Below, piece after piece: positions 56,818 to 64,000 of a DNA stretch of 64,000 bases (position 1 is the stretch's first letter; every line of letters starts with the position of its first letter). The stretch comes from Myxococcales bacterium (GTDB lineage Bacteria; Myxococcota_A; Polyangia; Polyangiales; Polyangiaceae). The position numbers and the translations under genes are program-made. The DNA lies in the NCBI GenBank assembly GCA_043747615.1, contig JAYTOU010000031.1:1-64000 (forward strand), written 5' to 3'. The notes beneath the pieces were generated by a model. The model saw only the letters and a list, made by a program, of their open reading frames with translations, was not told the origin of the DNA and did not search any database.

Positions 56818-56932
56818 TCGCGCTAGGCATCGAGAATACGGTCCTCAGTTGGTTCCGCAACACGCCCGCGTTCCACCGGCTATTGCAAGTGCTTGAAGGT
56901 GTGGCTGCGGATGGCGGTACCGTCCCCGAAAT

Positions 56933-57559
56933 ATGGCGAACAAAGCCGTTCATCTTCCGGTCCTTAATTTCGGCAGCACCCTGCGCAAGGACAACTGGTG
57001 GGTCGGCCCCGTGGTTACCGGTACGATCCTCATCAGCTTCATCACCTACGCGACGTTTCGAGCGTTCGAGAACAACTTCTACGAGCTCGGTCCGTACCTC
57101 TCGCCGTTTTACTCGCCGTTCTTTGGAACCTCCGGTCTCGGGATTCCCTTCCTCTCCCCGGCGATGCTGATTTTGCCCGGCCCCGCGAGCTTTCGCCTCA
57201 CCTGTTACTACTACCGCAAGGCCTACTACCGAGCCTTCGCGATGGATCCGGTGGCGTGCGCGGTCGGTGAGCGCAACCCCGAGAGCTACAAGGGCGAGAC
57301 GCGGGTGCTCCTCTTCCAGAATCTCCATCGTTACACGATGTACGTGGCAGTGATTTTCCTCGGCATCCTCTGGTACGACGCGTTCAAGGCCATGTGGTGG
57401 CCCGTGGCCGGCGGCGGTCACGCTTTCGGCGTCGGCGCTCTCGTGATGGTTGCAAACTGCACCCTTCTCAGCCTCTACACCTTCGGCTGCCACTCCTTCC
57501 GTCACCTCATTGGCGGCGGCGTCGACAGCTTCTCCACCGCTCCTCTCGGCAAGCTTCGT
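56933..57559 (+). pseudogene. Sdh1-type (Rv0249c-like) succinate dehydrogenase membrane anchor, C-terminally truncated
   Basis: YLSPFYSP, FRLTCYYYRKAYYR, QNLHRY, GCHSFRH; after GKLR the frame runs into off-frame sdhA sequence. Confidence 0.8.
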
Positions 57560-59076
57560 GAACGAGCTCGAGGAGTGGGGCGTGCTTTTCGACCGCACCG
57601 CCGACGGAAAAATTCTCCAGCGCAATTTCGGTGGTCACAAGTACCCCCGCCTCGCCCACGTGGGGGATCGCACCGGCCTCGAGATGATCCGCACGCTCCA
57701 GCAGCACGGCATCCACTCCGGAGTGAAAGTCTACATGGAGGCCACCATCACGCGGCTTCTGACAGACGGCGACAGGATCGCAGGCGCCTTCGGGTACTGG
57801 CGGGAAAATGGGCGTTTCGTCATCTTCAAGGCCAAGGCCGTGGTCATCGCCACCGGCGGCATCGGACGCGCATTCAAAGTGAACTCAAACTCCTGGGAGT
57901 GCACGGGAGACGGGCAGGCGCTCGCCTACCTCGCCGGTGCGGAGCTGATGGACATGGAGTTCATGCAGTTTCATCCCACGGGCATGGTGTGGCGGCCGTC
58001 GGTGCGCGGAACGCTCATCACCGAACGCGTGCGCGGCGAAGGCGGAACGCTTCGCAACAAAGACGGCAAGCGCTTCATGTTCGACTACATCCCCGAGCTC
58101 TACGCGTCGGACACCGCGACCACCGAGGCCGAGGCTGATCAGTGGCTCGCAGACAGCGCCGCCGGAAAAGAGAGCAAGGCCAAGCGCACCGCGGATCTCC
58201 TCCCGCGCGACATCGTGGCCCGCGCCATTCACGCCGAGGTGAAGGCCGGACGCGGCAGCCCGCACGGCGGAGTTTTTCTGGATATCGCGACGCGCCGCAC
58301 GCCCGCGGACATCATGAAGAAGCTCCCCGCGATGTACCACCAGTTCAAAGAGCTCGCAGACGTCGACATCACCAAAGACCCCATGGAAGTCGGCCCCACG
58401 GCCCACTACGCCATGGGCGGAATCAAGGTGGATCCCGAAACCCAAGAATCGCGGATCAAGGGACTCTATGCGGCCGGCGAGTGTGCGGCCGGCATGCACG
58501 GCTCCAATCGGCTCGGCGGAAATTCGCTCTCCGATCTCCTTGTCTTCGGGCGCATTGCCGGCGCGTATGCGGCGAAGTTCGCGAAGGCGGCGACGCAGGC
58601 CGAGGTCATCTCCGCAACGATCGACGAGTGCGCGAAAGAAGCGCTTCTTCCCTTCGAGCGCACCGAGGGCGCGAACCCCTTCGCCATCCACAAAGATCTG
58701 CGTGAGCAGATGGGCAAATGGGTCGGCATCATCCGGAACACGGAAGACCTCACCGCCGGCCTGAAAGAGATAGAACGTCTTCGCGCCGAGTCACTGGCGA
58801 TCAAGGTCGACGGCAACCGTCACTACAACGCGGGCTGGCACGAGACGATCGACATCCGCAACGATGCTCATCGTCTCCGAGGCCATGGCCCGCGCTGCGC
58901 TCGCTCGGCAAGAGAGTCGCGGCGGTCATGCTCGCTCCGATTTCCCCGAGATGGACAAGGTGAAATGGGCCAAGCTCAATCTCGTCTCGAGCAAGCGCCG
59001 CGAGACCATGGGAGTCGTCGAAGTGCCTCTGCCCCCCGTCCCTGACGAGATCAAGAAAGTGTTGGAGGAAGAGTGA
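57558..59076 (+). pseudogene. sdhA: Succinate dehydrogenase/fumarate reductase flavoprotein lacking its N-terminus, with a +1 frameshift
   Basis: RNFGGH, ATGG, QFHPTG, HYAMGG, HGSNRLGGNSL present but no GxGxxG; an extra G at 58863 separates DIRN from MLIV..ESRGGH. Confidence 0.85.
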
Positions 59077-59969
59077 TGGCTGAAGGCAAATCACCGGACG
59101 TGCTCGGAACGTCGGAAAAACCAGCCTTACAAGCCCACGAAGGCGGCGAAGGCAAGATCGCCACGCTCAAAATCTGGCGCGGCGACAAGGACGGCGGCAA
59201 CTTCGAGTCGTACGACGTCGAGACCTACGCCGGCATGGTGGTGCTCGACGCCATACACGAAGCGCAGGCCAAGCAGGCCCCCGATCTCGCCGTGCGCTGG
59301 AACTGCAAAGCCGGCCGCTGCGGCTCGTGCAGCGCCGAGGTGAACGGAAAGCCGAAGCTGATGTGCATGACGCGCATGAACTCGTTCCCCGAGGGCGAGC
59401 CCATCGTCGTCACGCCGCTGCGCGCGTTCCCGATCATCAAAGATCTCGTGACCGACGTGTCGTGGAACTACGAGGTCGCGAAGAAGATCCCGCCGCTCTA
59501 GCCCCGCCCACGCGACGCCGACGGCCACTGGCGCATGCAGCAGTACGACGTCGATCGCATCCAGGAGTTCCGGAAGTGCATCGAGTGCTTCCTCTGCCAA
59601 GACGTTTGCCACGTGATCCGCGATCACGACAAGAAAGAGTCGTTCGCTGGGCCGCGTTTTCTCATCCAGCTCGCCGGCCTCGACATGCACCCGCTCGACA
59701 GCCTCGATCGGCGCCCGATGATGAAAGAGGACTTCGGCATCGGCCTCTGCAACATCACCAAGTGCTGCACCGAGGTCTGCCCCGAGCACATCGCCATCAC
59801 GGACAACGCGATCATTCCGTTGAAGGAGCGCGTCGTGGACGACAACTACGATCCGGTGAAGTGGCTCCTTCGGAAGGTCGGCGGCAAGAAGAGCCTGAAG
59901 GTCCTCGCGACTCCCACCGAAGCTGGGAAGACGAAGGATCCGAAGGCCCCCAAAGCCGCAAAAGAATAA
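59076..59969 (+). pseudogene. sdhB: Succinate dehydrogenase iron-sulfur subunit with an in-frame TAG
   Basis: CKAGRCGSC..LMC, TAG at 59499-59501, then the same frame gives CIECFLCQDVC and CNITKCCTEVCP. Confidence 0.88.
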
Positions 59970-60052
59970 GGACCGACATCTACACGGAGCGATTGCGCCG
60001 AGCGTTTGTCACGAAATCCACCGGGCTCAATGATTCGCGTACAATCTCCGCC

Positions 60053-61234
60053 GTGAACTACGCACGGCTGGCACTTCTCTCATTCGTCGGCACCTTTGGG
60101 CTCCTCACCACGGCATGCGGCGGGGGCGGGCTGAAGCTCACCAGCATCAAGCAGGCCCAGAACAGACCGAGCAACATCGCGGTCTACTTCAAGGTTGAGT
60201 CGTCCGGGGGCGAGCCGGTCGGCGGGCTCACCGCGGAGGAGTTTCGGATTTACGAGGACGGATCTCTCGTGTCCGCGGGGGAGAGCAAGCAGACCATCCT
60301 CAATCCGGAGGTCGCCGCGTCGCATTACACGCTCCTCCTGGTCGACATGAGTGGGAGCATCACCTCCGATCCTCAAGCCGTGGAGACGCTCGTCGCCGCT
60401 GCGACCGCGTTCACCGAAAGGATCGAAAAGTCGCAGAAGGTCGCCGTGTACGCCTTCGACGGCGGCACCGAGCTCCATCCGATCGTGCCGTTCACCAGCG
60501 CGGGCGGCGCGAAATCGGGCGTAAAATCCCTGGGAACGTACAAAGCCGAGGACCCGAGCACGAATTTGAACGGCGCGATCGTCAAGGGCCTCACCGATCT
60601 CGACAAGGCCCTCTCCCAGGCCGAGCACCCCATGCGCTTCGGCACGCTGGTCGTCTTCAGTGACGGTACCGACCGCGCCAACCGCGTCTCGAAGGACGAC
60701 ATGCGAAAAGCGGTGAGCGAGAGCAAGTACGAGATCTTCGCGATCGGACTCGGCAAAGAGATGCAGGAGTCGGAGCTGAAGGAGATCGGCAAAGATGGAA
60801 CGGCGAAGGCCGACGACAAGGCCTCGGTGGTGAAAGCCTTCGACACCATCGGCGCGCGCATCGAAAGCCAGACCAAGAGCTACTACCTCCTCAGCTATTG
60901 CTCGCCGTCCCGTGCCGGAAAACACGAAGTGCGGATCGAAGCCGTGCACAAGCAAGCCGACGGAAAGTCCGAAAAAACCGGCAGCGTGACGAGCGAGTTC
61001 GACGCCCAGGGCTTCACGCACGGCTGCGATCCGAACACCCCGCCTCACTTCGACGTGACGAAGGGAGACGCTCTCGCTCCGCCGCCGAAGAAGGAGAGCG
61101 ACGACGATCGGCACGACAAGCCGAAGCCGGCGTCCGCTAGACCGAAGGTCCACGAAGGAACCGCGGCGCAGCCACCGCCCGCTCCCGTGCCACCGCCCGC
61201 TCCTACGCCGAAGAAGGACGAGTTCGTTCCCTGA
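60053..61234 (+). CDS. VWA-domain lipoprotein
   Basis: Lipobox TTAC, LVDMSGS MIDAS motif, STNL, FSDG, Pro-rich tail; GTG start. Confidence 0.88.
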   Translation: MNYARLALLSFVGTFGLLTTACGGGGLKLTSIKQAQNRPSNIAVYFKVESSGGEPVGGLTAEEFRIYEDGSLVSAGESKQTILNPEVAASHYTLLLVDMSGSITSDPQAVETLVAAATAFTERIEKSQKVAVYAFDGGTELHPIVPFTSAGGAKSGVKSLGTYKAEDPSTNLNGAIVKGLTDLDKALSQAEHPMRFGTLVVFSDGTDRANRVSKDDMRKAVSESKYEIFAIGLGKEMQESELKEIGKDGTAKADDKASVVKAFDTIGARIESQTKSYYLLSYCSPSRAGKHEVRIEAVHKQADGKSEKTGSVTSEFDAQGFTHGCDPNTPPHFDVTKGDALAPPPKKESDDDRHDKPKPASARPKVHEGTAAQPPPAPVPPPAPTPKKDEFVP

Positions 61235-61288
61235 CGCGAAAGAGCGCTCTGCCTGATCGTCGTTGCGTCGATCGTGGTGGGAGCTATT

Positions 61289-62155
61289 TCATGAGCCGCC
61301 GGCGCTCGAGTTGCCGTTGCTCTTTTCGATGTTCGAAAGCCGCGCGAGAATCTCGGCGTGCATGTGATCGACCTTCTCGTGCATGTGGGCGATCTCGAGC
61401 TCGGCCTTCAGATTGACCTCGTACTCGATGTCGTTCCTGAAACGTTCGCGCGCGACCTGGCGGTTCTGGCTGAGGAGCACGAAGACCGAGAGGATGATCG
61501 CCTCGAGCGATACGACCATCGTGAGGAGCCCGAAGGGGAACGGATCAAAGTTGCCGATCGGGAGACTCTTCAGCGGCCACGCATTGAGCACGATCCAGAT
61601 TAAAAAAATCACGAGGTGAATGAAGAGGAAAGGAAGGCTTCCGCTGAATTCTGAGATCCAATCGGCGACCTTCATCATCTTCGTCCGCTTGTCCTCCTCC
61701 ACGGCGTTGATGTCGCGCGAGGCTGTGTGGCGGAGGAGCATCGTAATCTCGCGAAGACGCCGCCCGCTCGCGGCAAGAAGATCGAGGCTCGCTTCGGGGC
61801 GGAGACGGAAGAAGGCGTCGAGATCGCCGCGGTCCACCACCAGCGCTTCCAGATCCTCGAGCACCACCGCCGACGCCGTTCGCGGACCGCCATCCATCAG
61901 CGACACTTCGCCAAAAAAGTCCCCGGCGCGCGCCGTCTCGAGGACGATCTTGTGCCCGGTGTCATTCTTGAAGAAAAGCTCCACCACGCCCGAGCGCACG
62001 ACGTAGAGCGAATCTCCCGGGTCTCCCGCCTTGTACAGCGTCGTGCCCGCTGCGATTTTCACCGTATCGAGCCGTTCGGCGAGTATCGACCGCTCGCCCT
62101 CGTCGAGCAGCTCGAAAAACGGTACTTCCGCCAGCATGTCGGCATGGGTCGTCAT
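61289..62155 (-). CDS. Cyclic-nucleotide-binding + DUF1003 membrane protein
   Basis: FGEVSLMDGGPRTASA; FDPFPFGLLTMVVSLEAI..SQNRQ. Confidence 0.92.
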   Translation of the reverse strand: MTTHADMLAEVPFFELLDEGERSILAERLDTVKIAAGTTLYKAGDPGDSLYVVRSGVVELFFKNDTGHKIVLETARAGDFFGEVSLMDGGPRTASAVVLEDLEALVVDRGDLDAFFRLRPEASLDLLAASGRRLREITMLLRHTASRDINAVEEDKRTKMMKVADWISEFSGSLPFLFIHLVIFLIWIVLNAWPLKSLPIGNFDPFPFGLLTMVVSLEAIILSVFVLLSQNRQVARERFRNDIEYEVNLKAELEIAHMHEKVDHMHAEILARLSNIEKSNGNSSAGGS

Positions 62156-62231
62156 GGTCTGACGGAGTCTACGTGCTCGAGCGGCGCCCTCGGGTGTGGG
62201 AGTGACCGGCTCGTTCTAGGCTCATCCGCGC

Positions 62232-62271
62232 GTGACACAGATTTGACGAATGTGTCACGGCGTGTTACAAG
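62232..62271 (+). promoter_or_regulatory. Tripartite operator overlapping a TTGACG-N17-TACAAG promoter
   Basis: GTGACACA-N11-TGTGTCAC-GGC-GTGTTACA. Confidence 0.7.
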
Positions 62272-62277
62272 TCGGCC

Positions 62278-63282
62278 ATGGATAGGAAGCAAGCGTTCGT
62301 CCGGGTCGAAGGAACGGACATTCACTTTGTCGAGCTCGGCAAGGGTCGTCCGCTCGTGCTCCTTCATGGCCTCTCCGACAGCCACCGCACGTGGGGAAAG
62401 ATTGCCCCCGAGCTCGCGCGCACGCGGCGTGTGCTCATGCCCGATCTCGCCGGTCACGGTTTGTCTGGCCGCCCCGACGCAAGCTACGCCCTCGCCTGGC
62501 ATGCACGGATCATCGCGGGGTGGCTCGATGCTCTCGATCTCGACGACGTCGACATCGTGGGACACTCGTTCGGCGGTGGCGTCGCGCAATGGCTGCTCCT
62601 CGCCCATCGTGAGCGCATTCGGCGCCTCGCCTTGGTCGCGTCCGGCGGGCTCGGTCGCGACGTCATGCCCGCTCTTCGTTTGTGCGCGGCGACGAGCTTC
62701 GTGGAGCACCACGGTCAGGCGTTCATGAGCTGGGGGACCCGCCTCGGAATGCGCTTCTCTGATGGCGCCTACGATCCTGAAGACATCGAGATTCTAAGCT
62801 GGATGAACGCCATGCCGGGATCAGCGCGCGCCCTCGCTCGCACCGTACGCGACGTCATCGATTGGCGCGGGCAGCGTCGTCACTTTCTCGATCGCGCGCA
62901 CGAGCTTTCCGACCTTCCCCCGCTCGCGCTCTATTGGGGCGACCGCGACAACGTGGTCCCGATCGGTCACGGGACGGAGATCGCCTCGAAGGTGGAGGGG
63001 GCGACGCTGACCCGCTTCGACGGCTGCGGTCACTTCCCGCATCGCCAGCGTCCGGAAGAGTTCACTCGGGCCATCGAATCGTTTTTCGACGCGCCCTCAT
63101 TGAGCGCCACCCGACTTCATGATCACGCCGTCCGTTCCTCTGCGTCGCGGGCCCTCGCGCTTCGCCGCGCTCCTCGCCGAGCGTCGGTCTGGGGTCGCGT
63201 TTGGAGCTCGTTCGTTGCGGGTGTGCGCAGCGTGGTCGACGTTCGGGCAATCAACGTACGAAAAGGAAGGCCCTCACCTTGA
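62278..63282 (+). CDS. Alpha/beta hydrolase
   Basis: LLHG, DLAGHG, GHSFGG nucleophile, WGDRD, CGHFPH. Confidence 0.92.
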   Translation: MDRKQAFVRVEGTDIHFVELGKGRPLVLLHGLSDSHRTWGKIAPELARTRRVLMPDLAGHGLSGRPDASYALAWHARIIAGWLDALDLDDVDIVGHSFGGGVAQWLLLAHRERIRRLALVASGGLGRDVMPALRLCAATSFVEHHGQAFMSWGTRLGMRFSDGAYDPEDIEILSWMNAMPGSARALARTVRDVIDWRGQRRHFLDRAHELSDLPPLALYWGDRDNVVPIGHGTEIASKVEGATLTRFDGCGHFPHRQRPEEFTRAIESFFDAPSLSATRLHDHAVRSSASRALALRRAPRRASVWGRVWSSFVAGVRSVVDVRAINVRKGRPSP

Positions 63283-63322
63283 CGTGTGACACAAACGGGC
63301 TTACGTATCACGGTGTGACACA
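63279..63322 (+). promoter_or_regulatory. Second copy of the tripartite operator overlapping a TTGACG-N17-TACGTA promoter
   Basis: GTGACACA-N10-CGTATCAC-GGT-GTGACACA. Confidence 0.7.
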
Positions 63323-63395
63323 GAGCGAAGGGCGAATCCGCAAGCCGCGAGACAACTCCGAATCCGAACGAGCCAAAACAGAGGAGCCATCGAAG

Positions 63396-63836
63396 ATGGA
63401 ATCGGATTCGAACGATCGCGAAGGCACGGAGAAGAAAGAGCGTGTCCTTCACACCCGGGTCCCGGCGGTGCTCGAGAAGGAGCTGAAACGTTTCGCAGAA
63501 AGCCTCCGCGTGCCGGTGTCCAATTTGGTTCGAACGATCCTCGAGGACGCGCTCGAAGTAGCCGACGTGGCCACGGAGAACGTAGAGAAGCGTCTGAAGA
63601 GCGCAGCCAAGCAGCTCGCGGGTAGCCGCGAGGGACTCAAGAAACGCGTGCGGCCGGATCCTCTGCGCGACGTGTTCGCCTTCCAGCCAGTGACCCTCGC
63701 GCAGACTGGAATATGCGCGAAGTGCCAGCGTGATCTCGACAAGGGCGCGCGCGCTCACATGGGCCTGACCGACACGCCGCAGGGCTGGGGGCGCTCGAAG
63801 ATTTTCGTCTGTGACGACTGTTTGCTGAACGGCTAG
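63396..63836 (+). CDS. Putative ribbon-helix-helix regulator with C-terminal C4 zinc site
   Basis: VLHTRVP-AVLEKELKRFAESL-RVPVSNLVRTILEDAL fits the strand-helix-helix pattern; CAKC and CDDC near the C-terminus. Confidence 0.7.
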   Translation: MESDSNDREGTEKKERVLHTRVPAVLEKELKRFAESLRVPVSNLVRTILEDALEVADVATENVEKRLKSAAKQLAGSREGLKKRVRPDPLRDVFAFQPVTLAQTGICAKCQRDLDKGARAHMGLTDTPQGWGRSKIFVCDDCLLNG

Positions 63837-63919
63837 GCCCCTCGGCTAGCCGGACCGAACGACCGAGAGGTAATTGCAGTGACCAACGGCCCCCCGGGCC
63901 ACGAAGGGACGGATCCATC

Positions 63920-64000
63920 ATGAACACGAACGCGAAGCAGGACACCTCGACCGAGAAATCCATTTTCGAGGCTGCTTTCAGCCTTGGGACCGCATGGGCG
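63920..64000 (+). CDS. Partial ORF running off the window end
   Basis: ATG after purine-rich AAGGGA; MNTNAKQDTSTEKSIFEAAFSLGTAWA with no stop. Confidence 0.55.
   Translation, partial: MNTNAKQDTSTEKSIFEAAFSLGTAWA

Noticed and set aside
59499..59501. Pyrrolysine or genetic-code reassignment
   Set aside because: TAG terminates other genes in the window, no pyl genes are visible, and neighbouring lesions favour decay
60005..60012. TTTGTCAC as a third operator site before the VWA gene
   Set aside because: It is a single mismatched half-site with no partner
59327..60052. Apparent 635-aa protein spanning sdhB and the VWA gene
   Set aside because: The N-terminal part is an off-frame reading of sdhB; a lipoprotein signal and a TACAAT box place the start at 60053
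62232..62269. CRP/FNR site suggested by the adjacent cNMP-binding gene
   Set aside because: The spacing does not fit TGTGA-N6-TCACA, and the cNMP protein has no DNA-binding helix-turn-helix
1..64000. Many long overlapping or antisense ORFs (e.g. 2465-3973, 12840-14156, 20036-21433, 38460-39614)
   Set aside because: They are Arg/Ala/Pro-rich shadow frames of motif-bearing genes, expected at this GC content

Overview
High-GC chromosomal window from a myxobacterium, most likely Polyangiales. The assignment is inferred from the gene content: three Hanks-type kinases, PEGA/TPR and FHA proteins, a MYXO-CTERM surface protein and a myxobacterial double PilZ. I count about 55 densely packed genes for signalling, lipid and cell-surface metabolism, redox folding and housekeeping. 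I saw no rRNA, tRNA, CRISPR array, integrase or transposase. The most notable observations are: (1) a mycobacterial Sdh1-type succinate dehydrogenase operon with three separate inactivating lesions (a deletion fusing the anchor to sdhA, a +1 frameshift and an in-frame TAG in sdhB); (2) a shared tripartite GTGACACA operator overlapping TTGACG-N17-TAC promoters in front of an alpha/beta hydrolase and an uncharacterised ribbon-helix-helix/zinc-finger protein, which suggests an autoregulated regulon; (3) an XylR/DmpR-type activator with a visible sigma54 promoter and paired upstream sites driving yceI-pirin-MFS; (4) an AraC remnant hidden upstream of an aldehyde dehydrogenase; (5) an 11-bp phased repeat array over a promoter; (6) frequent -10 boxes 5-10 nt before start codons, suggesting leaderless transcripts. 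All family calls are from motif recognition by eye; no database search was run.
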